Shown in pieces: positions 38,080 to 49,293 of a DNA stretch of 64,000 nt. Source of the DNA: Eledone cirrhosa (Eukaryota); assembly GCA_964016885.1 (NCBI GenBank), contig OZ024760.1, positions 2,356,001 to 2,420,000 of the forward strand. The letters run 5' to 3'. Under the pieces are notes generated by a model. That model made no database searches. It was not told where the DNA came from and was given only the letters and a program-made list of their open reading frames with translations. Every line of letters begins with the position of its first letter. Position 1 is the stretch's first letter. The position numbers and the translations under genes were made by a program.

Positions 38080-41000
38080 CTATAGTCTGATGTAGAGTGA
38101 AGGCCCATTCACACGGGCCATTCTCGCCACTTTCACCCATCTTTCATAGAAACGGCTGGGGTGCAGCACCTCTCTCTCCATCCTGATCCTTCTTCCAAAA
38201 TGATATCGGAAGAAACGGACCAGTTGTTGGCCAGAGAGAAAGGTGCCCGACCTCAGTCCTTTCAGACGCGTCCACCATACAACCTCTTTCGCCATGGCTA
38301 TTACGCACAGAAACACCGCCTCTGCTTCATCTTTGAAGGGGGGAGGCGGCTTGATCATTACAATAGACTCGGTGGTCAACCGGATCGGTCCCACCCTTGA
38401 CAGCAGTTGTTCGACATAGCCCCACAGATCGGCTACGCCCGAGCAGTGTACTAATGCGTGTGCAACGGTTTCCTCGTCGCACACGCATCTGGGACAGATC
38501 TTTTTGGCGGGGTCCCTACCCGGGCGCCCGTGTCTGTAGAGCCTTTCTCGAACGGGTAAAGCCCCTCGGTAGCACTGCCAGGCCAGGGACTTCTGGAAGT
38601 TGTCCATAGGTCCCGGGCTGAATGTCCTACCGAACAGGCTGGCCAGTTCGTCCTCCTCCATGTCTAGGGCTTCTCCGAGGGCGTCGTCGCACCTGCTGCG
38701 TACCAGCCCTCTATAGAATGTTGCGGTGGAGTCTCCACTGATAACCGGATCCGCCTGCCAGAGGGCGGTGAGCGCCTGGGCACACTCAGTGTGCCAGGCG
38801 CCCAGTTTTCTCGGTCTTTGCTTGACCCAGGATTGCAGCTCGGTGAGTGAGACGAGTCTGGGAAAGGTTCGTCTCACAAACGAGGCCCACACCGGTTGTC
38901 CGGTGAGGAATACGTAGAGGTGCCGTAGCCTTAATGCGTGTTTACGCATCATTAGCCACGGCATCCCCAGCCCTCCTTTCGAAGGGTGTTGACAGCAGAT
39001 GGATCTCCTCACCATAGGAGCCCGCCTCTTCCAAAGGAATTGGAAGAGCGCGCGCTCCATCTTGGTGAGGGTTTCCCTTGGGCAGGGCACTACGGTCAGG
39101 CGGTAGTAGATGACGGACGCTATGTAGGTGTTCGCCACCTCCGCCCGACCTTTCAGGGATAGTTTGCAACTGGCCCACTTCTGGGTCAGTGCAAACACCC
39201 TGTTCGTAACCTCCGCCCAGTTTTTCTCCACCTGGAGGTCCGGTCCGAACCAGACCCCGAGCAACTTCACCGGGCCCTCCGTCCAGCGTCCGACGACGCT
39301 ATCGGAGGGCATCGGTCTGCCCCTCCACGTGCCGAGTTGCAAACCGATCGACTTGTCCCGGTTCAGCTTAGCCCCTGTGAACTTTTCGTACTCCTCCAGT
39401 AAGGTGCCGACCGCCTCGATTTCGGAGGCCGTCGACACCATTACTGTCACGTCATCGGCGTAGGCCGACACCGCTTTCCGCAATCCCGGTTCCAAAGGGA
39501 TGCCCTGCAACAACTCCAACTTCCGCAGTAGTGGCTCGAGAGTCAACACATACAGAAGGGAGGAGAGAGGGCACCCTTGTCGGATGGACCGCGCGATTTT
39601 GAACGGCTCCGAGAGGTAGCCGTTCACCTTGACCCTAGAGCAGATGCGGCTGCTGTGCATAGCAGTGATCCAGCCCCTGAAAACGGGTCCGAAGCCTGCC
39701 GCCGCTAGCACCGCATCCAGGTAACCATGGTCGACCCTATCGAACGCCTTAGATTGATCCAAGTTGATCAGAGCCCCACCAAAGCCGGGTTCGTTCCCAA
39801 CCCTCTCTATGATGTATCGCATGAGGTGGAGGTTGTCATGGATGGACCTGGACGGGATAGCGCATGTCTGCGCATCTCCCACCAGGTTGCCCACGACAAG
39901 CGCCAACCTCTTTGCTAGCACCTTGGCCAAAATCTGTAACTCTGTATTTAGCAGTGTTATGGGCCTGAAGTTACTTATTTCGTCCCCCTTGTTCTCGTCC
40001 TTCCTCACTAGCGTGACTACGCCCTTGGTCACAGTACAGGGAATTCTCCCGTTCTGTTGCCAGTTGCAGTAGACCGCCTCGAGGAGATCGGGGAACAAGT
40101 CCGGCATAGCTAGATATAATTCGTAAGGAAGACCATCGAGACCCGGGGATTTGCGTTTGCCGCATTGGCTCAGCACGTCCTCTATCTCAGCGGCCGAAAT
40201 CGGCTCCTCGCAGGACTTCGCCTCCCTGTCCGAGAGGCGCGGCAGGCCGTCGAGGTATGGACCGAAGTCCACGTTCCCAACCGGCTCCCTGCCCCTCCCG
40301 AACAGTCGGGCAAAGTGCCTTTGAAAGGCCTCACACATCTGCTTAGGCCCAAGAATCGCCCGTCCATCCAGGTCTCGCAAAGACCGGATGGTGGATTTAG
40401 TTCCACTGTTGGCCTCTGTCACGCGGGCCCAGCTAACAGCTTTGGTCCCCTCGTTCCCTAGAGCACGTATTTTACTTCGGACAACGCAGCCTTCGTGCTT
40501 CGCGTCGAAAAACTGGCTCAAAGCCGTTCTCGACGCTAGCACTCTGGCCACGTCGCCGCTTCTAATTGCCTCTTCTACTCTATCTATTAGCTCCCTTTCC
40601 TTCCTATTCCTATCCGCAGCTAGAACCTTACTAAATTCTATCGAGACTACTCTAATCTCTCTCTTTAGAGATACCCACCACCTGCTGTTGACGATCGCTC
40701 CAGTCAACCGTTCCTTAACTAACGTACTAATCCGATTCCTGTAGGCTCTACTTGCCGGCAAGGACAAGTTGAGCTTCCAGTAACCGGGGCCCTGTCTATG
40801 AGTTCTGTCAAGGTTGACCATGCAGGTCACTAATTTGTGGTCTGAATAGCCAACCATGCGCATTTTTGGACAACTTAAAAAGTCCTTATCCTTAATTCTA
40901 ACTAAGAACCTATCTAGGTACGACCTAGATGATCCGCTACGATTTGCCCAAGTCCAGGTTGGCGCAGTCGGAAAATCTAGTCGATATCTATCGGCCAGGT

Positions 41001-41517
41001 CAAATCGACCGATTAACCCTTTGAGGCTATTACACCCCTCTCTATCGGGGCAAGCCCCTACGTAGTCCCAGCGTGCATCTAGGATACCATTCCAGTCCCC
41101 CACTAATAGCAAGGAGCGGGACGTCCCTAGAAAAGTCTCCAGACGATGGAAGAAGTCCGGCCGCATTGACCCGAAAGGGCCGTAGGCGGCTACCAACCTA
41201 AACGCTCCGCCTTTACCACTGCCAAGGTCCAGAACCACTAGTCGACCCTCCGGGTCCAAATGTACCATCTGTGTTGCGAGACCCAGATGTTTTTGCAGCA
41301 GAACGACAACTCCACCCCCACCTCCGGGCTGACAGAGAGATGCGTGCATCTCAAAGTCATCAAAGGTGGGGGCCAGCTGTCGCACGTTGCTGATCCGGGC
41401 CTCGCAAATAACCATCACATCTATACGTTGTGACCTGAGGTCATTTAGAAGCATTGCTTGCTTCCAAGTTGAGCCCAGGCCACGCGCATTTAAACAGCCT
41501 ACTCTTAGCATAGCCAT
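38080..41517 (-). CDS. ORF2: apurinic-type endonuclease, reverse transcriptase and C-terminal CCHC
   Basis: APE motifs LNARGL, GDWN, YLDRFL, SDH. RT motifs KSPGLDGL, FRPITLLN, DQSKAFDRV, QGCPLS, YADD. C-terminal CPRC..ETVAHALVHC. First ATG is at 41517 (the track start at 41541 is GTG). Confidence 0.95.
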   Translation of the reverse strand: MAMLRVGCLNARGLGSTWKQAMLLNDLRSQRIDVMVICEARISNVRQLAPTFDDFEMHASLCQPGGGGGVVVLLQKHLGLATQMVHLDPEGRLVVLDLGSGKGGAFRLVAAYGPFGSMRPDFFHRLETFLGTSRSLLLVGDWNGILDARWDYVGACPDREGCNSLKGLIGRFDLADRYRLDFPTAPTWTWANRSGSSRSYLDRFLVRIKDKDFLSCPKMRMVGYSDHKLVTCMVNLDRTHRQGPGYWKLNLSLPASRAYRNRISTLVKERLTGAIVNSRWWVSLKREIRVVSIEFSKVLAADRNRKERELIDRVEEAIRSGDVARVLASRTALSQFFDAKHEGCVVRSKIRALGNEGTKAVSWARVTEANSGTKSTIRSLRDLDGRAILGPKQMCEAFQRHFARLFGRGREPVGNVDFGPYLDGLPRLSDREAKSCEEPISAAEIEDVLSQCGKRKSPGLDGLPYELYLAMPDLFPDLLEAVYCNWQQNGRIPCTVTKGVVTLVRKDENKGDEISNFRPITLLNTELQILAKVLAKRLALVVGNLVGDAQTCAIPSRSIHDNLHLMRYIIERVGNEPGFGGALINLDQSKAFDRVDHGYLDAVLAAAGFGPVFRGWITAMHSSRICSRVKVNGYLSEPFKIARSIRQGCPLSSLLYVLTLEPLLRKLELLQGIPLEPGLRKAVSAYADDVTVMVSTASEIEAVGTLLEEYEKFTGAKLNRDKSIGLQLGTWRGRPMPSDSVVGRWTEGPVKLLGVWFGPDLQVEKNWAEVTNRVFALTQKWASCKLSLKGRAEVANTYIASVIYYRLTVVPCPRETLTKMERALFQFLWKRRAPMVRRSICCQHPSKGGLGMPWLMMRKHALRLRHLYVFLTGQPVWASFVRRTFPRLVSLTELQSWVKQRPRKLGAWHTECAQALTALWQADPVISGDSTATFYRGLVRSRCDDALGEALDMEEDELASLFGRTFSPGPMDNFQKSLAWQCYRGALPVRERLYRHGRPGRDPAKKICPRCVCDEETVAHALVHCSGVADLWGYVEQLLSRVGPIRLTTESIVMIKPPPPFKDEAEAVFLCVIAMAKEVVWWTRLKGLRSGTFLSGQQLVRFFRYHFGRRIRMEREVLHPSRFYERWVKVARMARVNGPSLYIRL

Positions 41518-41541
41518 GTTGGTGGTGAAGAGAAAAGGCAC

Positions 41542-43332
41542 TTACCTCTCTGCGTCCCGGGTATCGGGCTGCACAATTTCCATTAGGGTGGGGGATGGGT
41601 TGTTGGGTGGGGTGGTGGTTTGTGGAAGTGTGGGGGCATCAGTGTGTTGTGTGGTTGGGGAGCTTGGAGTTGTGAGGGTGTTTGGGGAGGGGGTGGGATA
41701 GTTTTTTAGGAGGACGCGGTTAATGGGCCCGACGCAGGGGGGACCCACGTCCTCTTTAAAATTGTTTTTTAAAGTTTTATAGGTGTCCTGTGGGGCCTTA
41801 ATCATTTTGAGGTGGGGGAAATCCCCTGCCTGGGTGAAGTTAGGCCCTTGTGTTTTTATTAGATTGTTGTTGTACACAATGTTTAACAGTTTTTTGTTTC
41901 TTGTATTTATGTATGTGTATGCATGTTTTTGTTTTTGTGTGGTGTTTTTTGTTTGCTGTTGTTGTGAGCTCTTTTGTGTTGGTGTCAGTGTTATGTTTTG
42001 GTGAGGGTTTTTTTTCATTTGTGTGTCTGAGGTGTGTTTTCTTTTTTTTCTTTTGATTGTGTGGAAGTGCTCCTCCTCGTCTGACGACGAACTAGGGTCA
42101 TCTTCCGCGTTGGAGGGGAGGGGTATATTTTCGGGTTGTGTTTGCGGTACGGGTGTTTTGGAAATTGTTTTTGTTTTTTGAGTGGAGGGGATGGGTTGGA
42201 CATTGTTTTGTTTTGGTTTGAGCTGTGGTGGTTGTTTTTGTAGTGGTAGTTGTGGTGATTGTGTTGGTTGTGCAGTTGTTGGTGGTGTAGGCAGGATTGG
42301 GGTTTTCTTATTAAGTTGGGGACAGACAGCTCTCAGGTGACCTCTGGTTCCGCAGAGGTAACACGAGGGCCGTCTACCCTCAACGGTAATGTTGATGAAG
42401 GTTAGATCATCCAGTATGACGCGTTCAGGGATCTGGGCGATCCTTTCGGGCCTCATTTGAACTACAAGTTCGAGGCTCGTTCCACTGAACGCGTCACCCG
42501 ATGCCTTTCCCATGGACACCAGCATGTCATCCTCCAGGTCCAGAAAACCTGTCAAAACCCACCATATGTCCATAATCGGCAGGATGGTGTGGATTTTTAT
42601 TTTTTGTGTTCTTCTACCCATGTACGTAGGGTAGAAGGTGTATGCGGTGGATGTGATTGGTTTGATGGACAGTTTCACTGCTGTGTCCCTGTCCTTCATG
42701 AGAATGGATAGACTCCCGTAGAGTCTATCCTTCTGAATGAAGGTGATGTCCTTCATGACGTCTTTTAAAACCAGCTCTATCTCGCTCTGTGATGGTTGAG
42801 CTGGTGTTTTACTTTTGTTCGAGATTGTCCTAAACATGACCGTGTTTAGGAGTCTCTGGCTTTTTAGTTCCGGGGGGGAATGGATTGTGAATGAACCATT
42901 TTCCCCGTACACTATATATTTTTTCGCATCCGCCAGTAGCTCCTTCGCTTTTGTTATATCTACTGGCAGATAGTCGAGGGTTTTCCTTGTCGTCTCGGCG
43001 AAGGAGAAATTTTGTTTGTTTGTGTTGTTGTTGTCGTTGGTGGTGTTGTTGTTATCATTGTTGTTGTTGTCACCGTTATTGGTCTTGTTGTTGTTATTGT
43101 TATTGTTATTGGTGTTGTTTTCGTCCGTCGCATTGTTGTTGTTGTTGCTGTTGCTGCTGGTTCTTTGGGTTGTTGCCATGGCAACGTCAAGTTGTCGGTT
43201 AACAGGTGGAGAGAATTCTTCCTCTGGCTGACCTATCTTCTTGACCTCTGCTACTGTGACAGTGGCAGGGGGAAGCTGTAAATTCATCTTCCCCTTTCCT
43301 CCTTCGAATTTTGGTGAAGAAGCTTCGGCCAT
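41542..43332 (-). CDS. ORF1: gag-like nucleic-acid-binding protein with a CCHC zinc knuckle
   Basis: 596 aa; CYLCGTRGHLRAVC (CX2CX4HX4C), N- and Q/P-rich low-complexity segments and a basic KRKKRK patch; lies upstream of ORF2. Confidence 0.88.
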   Translation of the reverse strand: MAEASSPKFEGGKGKMNLQLPPATVTVAEVKKIGQPEEEFSPPVNRQLDVAMATTQRTSSNSNNNNNATDENNTNNNNNNNNKTNNGDNNNNDNNNTTNDNNNTNKQNFSFAETTRKTLDYLPVDITKAKELLADAKKYIVYGENGSFTIHSPPELKSQRLLNTVMFRTISNKSKTPAQPSQSEIELVLKDVMKDITFIQKDRLYGSLSILMKDRDTAVKLSIKPITSTAYTFYPTYMGRRTQKIKIHTILPIMDIWWVLTGFLDLEDDMLVSMGKASGDAFSGTSLELVVQMRPERIAQIPERVILDDLTFINITVEGRRPSCYLCGTRGHLRAVCPQLNKKTPILPTPPTTAQPTQSPQLPLQKQPPQLKPKQNNVQPIPSTQKTKTISKTPVPQTQPENIPLPSNAEDDPSSSSDEEEHFHTIKRKKRKHTSDTQMKKNPHQNITLTPTQKSSQQQQTKNTTQKQKHAYTYINTRNKKLLNIVYNNNLIKTQGPNFTQAGDFPHLKMIKAPQDTYKTLKNNFKEDVGPPCVGPINRVLLKNYPTPSPNTLTTPSSPTTQHTDAPTLPQTTTPPNNPSPTLMEIVQPDTRDAER

Positions 43333-43541
43333 TTAAAAAAATATTGACTTTTCAACAAGAAAAAACTTTTTTTTTAACTATTTCGCCTAAAGGCGTAGAA
43401 TATTTTGAGAGACTGACCAGATCAAAGTTTGACCTGGCAGTCCCTCTACAAAATGGTACAAAAATTAAAGTTATCAGACAAGAATTTCTATAGAAATTTA
43501 AACAGAACTTACTCAGCAAGTTATACGCGTGTGTCCATCCC

Positions 43542-43596
<55 letters not shown>

Positions 43597-43615
43597 GTAG
43601 ATAGATAGGTAGATA

Positions 43616-44121
43616 TGTTTCTTTTATTTGCCACCAGGGCATCAAAAGTGGGACAAGTACAATGGGGGGAGTTTACAAAACAAGGCGTCCTCAATAAGGA
43701 GGAGGCAATAACAATATATAAAAATAAAATAAAATATAACAAAAAAATAAAATTTATAACAAAGTCCTCAATAGAGAGGAGGCGCCTTGGGGGGTCGCAC
43801 ACACCCCCGAAAAAAGTGTGCAACCCTTCTCCTCAGGAGCACAGAGAAGGGGTGCTCCCTTGGTCTTTCATCTTCCTCACCTATAGTCTGATGTAGAGTG
43901 AAGGCCCATTCACACGGGCCATTCTCGCCACTTTCACCCATCTTTCATAGAAACGGCTGGGGTGCAGCACCTCTCTCTCCATCCTGATCCTTCTTCCGAA
44001 ATGATATCGGAAGAAACGGACCAGTTGTTGGCCAGAGAGAAAGGTGTCTGACCTCAGTCCTTTCAGACGCGTCCACCATACAACCTCTTTCGCCATGGCT
44101 ATTACGCACAGAAACACCGCC
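43616..44121 (-). mobile_element. 5'-truncated second copy of the Tx1-like element
   Basis: Near-identical to 37815-38321; flanked by TAGGTAGATA at 43606-43615 and 44122-44131. Confidence 0.92.
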
Positions 44122-44453
44122 TAGGTAGATAGATAGATAGATAGATGAACAAATATATATATAAAGGAAGAGGAAAGTAAAGAAGATATGGAATAATTCT
44201 AGAGCCATTCCCAATATCTGTCAAAGATACAATACTGCCAGATGATGTTTATGATATAACGAGGAAAAAAAAACCTTCTTTAATATTGTCAGTTCAAATT
44301 CTTTGTTTAGTAGGATTTGAAATAGATGAATGGGGGGTTGAGGTGGGGTTGTCTGTTACTACTACTACTAATACCACCACCACCACTACTACTACTACTG
44401 CCACCACCACCACTACTACTACTAAAATTACCACTGCCTCTACTGCCACTATC

Positions 44454-44497
<44 letters not shown>

Positions 44498-44835
44498 CAC
44501 TCCTACTTCCACCACCACTACCACCACTACTACTACTACTACTACCACTACTACCACCACCACCACCACTACTACTACCACCACCACCACCACCACCACC
44601 ACCACCACCACCACTACTACTACCACCACCACCACTACTACTAGTCAAATCTAAAGTGATTCTTCTCTAAACAAAACCAATAAATACATAGCAAAGGATG
44701 CTGGAAGATAATACCCCTTCCCTTTATATGTTTACATCTTTTTATTTTCCTATTCATCACATTGTCACCATCAAAAGATCTATAGTGATAAAGATATCAA
44801 TATCTATAGGATATCTATCTGTGTATATATATATT

Positions 44836-44894
44836 GGGTCATCAAGTATGAAATTTGTAGAAATTTGTTCCTTTTTCTACAAATTTCATACTTG

Positions 44895-44898
<4 letters not shown>
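44836..44898. repeat. Small hairpin in (TA)n, with its CTTGACCC end repeated twice more
   Basis: TCAAGTATGAAATTTGTAGAAA pairs with TTTCTACAAATTTCATACTTGA; extra CTTGACCC copies at ~44929 and ~44971. Confidence 0.7.
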
Positions 44899-44929
<31 letters not shown>

Positions 44930-44932
44930 TTG

Positions 44933-44971
<39 letters not shown>

Positions 44972-44974
44972 TTG

Positions 44975-45021
<47 letters not shown>

Positions 45022-45077
45022 ATGGAAAAGAAATCGAAAATGCAACTGGAGTCTTTTTAAGAATATTTATTTGTTTC

Positions 45078-45113
45078 CTTTACCGGTTTCACAGTCCTTA
45101 TGCTTTTCAAAAG
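45078..45113 (-). ncRNA. Second U3-A8 hammerhead copy (element ~45026-45260)
   Basis: Minus strand reads CTT-TTGAAAA-GCA taaggac TGT-GAAA-CCGG-TA-AAG. Confidence 0.6.
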
Positions 45114-45732
45114 TAGAAATGAGATGAAGGGTTTGTGGTTTTTCTCGCATCTGGTTGGTGTTTGAATGTTACTTCTGTTTTATGTGGAAAAAGGTGGCTC
45201 GAATTGCTAGGTTTTTAAAAAAAAATAATTTGGTTGTTTGATGACTATCATGTGAATAAGTATAATAAATTTTGTCATTATCATCACCATTTTACGTCCG
45301 TTCTTCCACGCTAGCATGGGTTAGACAGGTTGTCCTGTTGTGGGCAGTGTCCAGTCGGCAGACCTTGTCTTGCTCATACAGGAATTGATTCTGGCTTGAT
45401 TTCTACAGCTGGATGCCCTTCCAAACACCAACCTCATTTACAGTGAGTGCTGGGTGCTTTTTTTCCTTGACACCTACACGTCCCCACTTTACAGTGTGGG
45501 CTGGGTGCTTTTTTGCCATGGCACCTCTACAACCACTTTGCAGTGTAGAGGAATGTAGGAAAGAGTGTAAAGATAACAACACAAGATAGAGTTACCTTGG
45601 AAGTGATTTAATTGTCCCTCCTATATTTCAGATTTCGCATCTGTCAACTGGGGGTTTTCCGAGGGGGAAAGTTTTTAGTCAGAGAGGAACAACACGTAGC
45701 CTCTCTTGTCTGCCGTATATATATATATATAT

Positions 45733-45945
45733 ATAGGAACAAGTAAGACCCCGACGGCTGAGCTCAAGCCGTTTCGACGGCTAATTCTGGACCTAGAATT
45801 TGGTCCAGAATTAGCCGTCGAAACGGCTTGAGCTCAGCCGTCGGGGTCTTACTTGTTCCTATTACCCACTCTACTACCCTAAGTATTGAGTACTTTGGTG
45901 CGTTATGGTCCACCTGGTTCCTTACCACATTTCCTTCGTCCTTCG

Positions 45946-45948
<3 letters not shown>
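45733..45948 (+). mobile_element. Fold-back element in (TA)n (~60-bp arms plus tail)
   Basis: Arms 45733-45793 and 45802-45862; same family as 63839-64000. Confidence 0.7.
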
Positions 45949-45979
<31 letters not shown>

Positions 45980-47351
45980 CTAATTATTTAATTGATTGTT
46001 TGTAAAGCGAGTTGAGAGATTTTTTGAGGCTGAGAAAATTCTTTTGTTGGCATCTTGAATTTACCCACTAAAAGTTTGGCTGTTTTGACCTTCTTCGTGT
46101 GATGATACTATTGAATTTACTGCAACAGAAGTCTGCCACAGTGTCTTCTAGCGGCCAGACCAAGTCAAATACCCCGGAATGAAAAATGTGAAATGAAGTG
46201 CGTTGCTCAAGAACACAACACAGAAACCAGTCCAGGAATTGGTGATGGGTGTGGCAGGGTGGTAGAGCTGACTTTAAGTACTTCCGATCTAATCAGATGT
46301 CAGGTGATAGCCATCTCATAACGAGACATCAGAACATCATAGGATTACAGTTACTTTCTTAACCAAGGTGACCTGTGGCTAAATAACAACAACAACAACA
46401 ACAATTAAAAATAAACACACATTTTGCTGATGTATTACAAACAAACCAAAAAAAAAATACATACAAATAAATGAATAAACAAAAACAAAATTATTTTAAA
46501 GAAAAGCAACAAAACAACCGCAAAGTTTACAAAAAAAAACGAAAATAACAAACAAAACAAACGGAAAAATAGATATATTGAACTTATTGATTTCTACGTA
46601 ATTTTATCAATGATCATAGTAGATATATGTGGGTGGATTGTTTCCAAGCAACAAGAGGAGGGTGTGTTGAGGTAGGAAGTGTGAAGATAACTTCAAAGGG
46701 AGCATGGGTGCTTGATTATAGGAGAACGAGATCGACTTAAAAAAAAAGTTCATTGTATTTTTTTGTTTTTCTAAGTTTACTGATGTGTTAAATGCAGCAA
46801 CAGTGTGGAGAATGGTGTGGGTGTGGTGTGGTGTGGGTGTGGTGTAGTGTGTGTGGTGTGTGTATGTTAGGATGTGTGTGTGTGTGTTAGTGTGTGTGTG
46901 TGTGGTGTGGTGTGTGTGTGTTAGGATGTGTGTGGTGTGTGTGTATGTTAGGATGTGTGTGTGTGGTGTGTGTGTATGTTAGGATGTGTGTGTGTGTGGT
47001 GTGTGTGGTATGTGTGTGTTAGGATGTGTGTGTGTGGTGTGTGTGTGTTAGGATGTGTGTGTGTGGTGTGTGTGTATGTTAGGATGTGTGTGTGTGGTGT
47101 GTGTGTATGTGTGTGGTGTGTGTGTGTGTATGTTAGGATGTGTGTGTGGTGTGTGTGTGGTATGTGTGTGTTAGGATGTGTGTGTGTGGTGTGTGTGTGG
47201 TGTGTGTGTGTGTGTTAGGATGTGTGTGGTGTGTGTGTGTATGTTAGGATGTGTGTGGTGTGTGTGTATGTTAGGATGTGTGTGTGGTGTGTGTGTGTAT
47301 GTTAGGATGTGTGTATGTTAGGGTGCGTGTGTGTGTGAAGGGGGTGCATAT

Positions 47352-47412
<61 letters not shown>

Positions 47413-47449
47413 GAAAGGTATAGAAAATATTGTAGCAAAAAGCCAATAT

Positions 47450-47480
<31 letters not shown>

Positions 47481-48044
47481 CCAAACCTTGCTAGCAAGGA
47501 AAGCAGACTTTAAAATAACAAGGTGTTGTGAGTTCAATTCCTGGACCAGGCGATGCGTTATGTCCTTGAACAAGGCACTTTATTTCACGTTGCTCCTTCT
47601 ACCTGGAGTTGCAACCGATAGATAGTATTTGTAATTGGAAAAACCAACGGAAACATTGTTTCTTCGGTCCGATTTGACGAAAATCGATCGAGTGTCGATA
47701 CATATACTGTGAATAAACGAAGCTAATTTTACACTGTTGACTTATACTTCTTATTTTTACATTACTCCGGAGTAAACAGATCAACCTTCACTTCATCGAG
47801 TGCTCCAGCCTGTATACTGAGGTGTCAGTAAACAACCAACACATATCTCCATATATATATATATATATATATATATATGGAGATATGTGTTGGTTGTTTA
47901 CATATATATATATATATATATATGGAGATATATCTGTGTGTGTGTGAGTATACATACATATATGTGTGTGTGTATGTGTTTGTGTGTATATACATATATA
48001 ATAAAAACAACCAAAGGGCCATCACATGTAGAAGCACATATAAC

Positions 48045-48335
<291 letters not shown>

Positions 48336-48741
48336 TTTAATAACCACTACAAAATCAAAACCCCCTCCACCACCATGACTGCTACAAACATGGCTACCAA
48401 AACTAAAATCTCTATCATTATTAACAACACCAACACCAACACCACCATCACCATCACCATCAGCACAAAAGATCATTAACCCCCCCCCCCACTACGTCAC
48501 ACCACCATAGCAGGAAGTGTCATATTCAATAGTCAGGTCACAGTTACAGTTTCATATCATAGACATAAGACACAGAAGGTGTTATCATTTCTCACCTGCT
48601 TCCAATTTCGCAACAAAATAGCTCATCTAAGGAAATAGAACACTAATTATTTATGCACTCTCTCTCTCTCTATATATATATACATGCATATATATCATCA
48701 TCATCATCATCTTCACAGTCAATTGCCATTTCTCTCTCCCC

Positions 48742-48790
<49 letters not shown>

Positions 48791-48999
48791 GTATAAGGTA
48801 ATATGTTTTCGAATAGGAAAGCAGATAATTATAGATGAAGAAGTTATAAAGATAAAAAATATGAGATTTTTTTTTACTCACACAAGGCTACATACAATTT
48901 TATAGAAAAATATGTAATTCTACTATGAACGATTATGAATTCATGTAAAGCAATGAATACATTGAGAAGTAAACCAAACACTGCTAACTATATCATATT

Positions 49000-49060
49000 T
49001 TGATTTACAGGTGTTTCATCCTTAACATTAAGATCATAATGTTAGACTCCTCAGAATTAC
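49000..49060 (-). ncRNA. Type I hammerhead with canonical core, in a (TA)n-flanked element (~48792-49180)
   Basis: Minus strand reads ATT-CTGAGGA-GTC TAACATTA tgatct TAATGTTA ag GAT-GAAA-CACCTG-TA-AAT. Confidence 0.65.
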
Positions 49061-49293
49061 ATAAGATGTAGTTACCTTAAACTTGACATTATGTACAAAA
49101 ATATAACATAACAGGGTGGTTTTGTTTACATTTTAAAAAACCTGCAGTATTTGGCATATTTTTCAATATATGTGTCTATATATATATATGAAACAAACAA
49201 AAATGCTAAAGGGTTAAAGCCAATAAATTCTTACTTTCCTTTCTCGCCAAAGTCTTTAGTTTTCTTGGTGTAATACTTATATATATATATATA

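Larger units (their letters stand above)
37815..43543 (-). mobile_element. Full-length L1/Tx1-clade non-LTR retrotransposon (~5.7 kb) in (GATA)n
   Basis: Two intact ORFs, a ~210-bp 5' UTR and a ~265-bp 3' UTR with AATAAA; (GATA)n at both junctions. Confidence 0.92.

Noticed and set aside
38161-43281. Short plus-strand and alternative-frame ORFs within the retrotransposon
   Set aside because: Shadows of the GC-rich ORF1/ORF2, with no motifs of their own.
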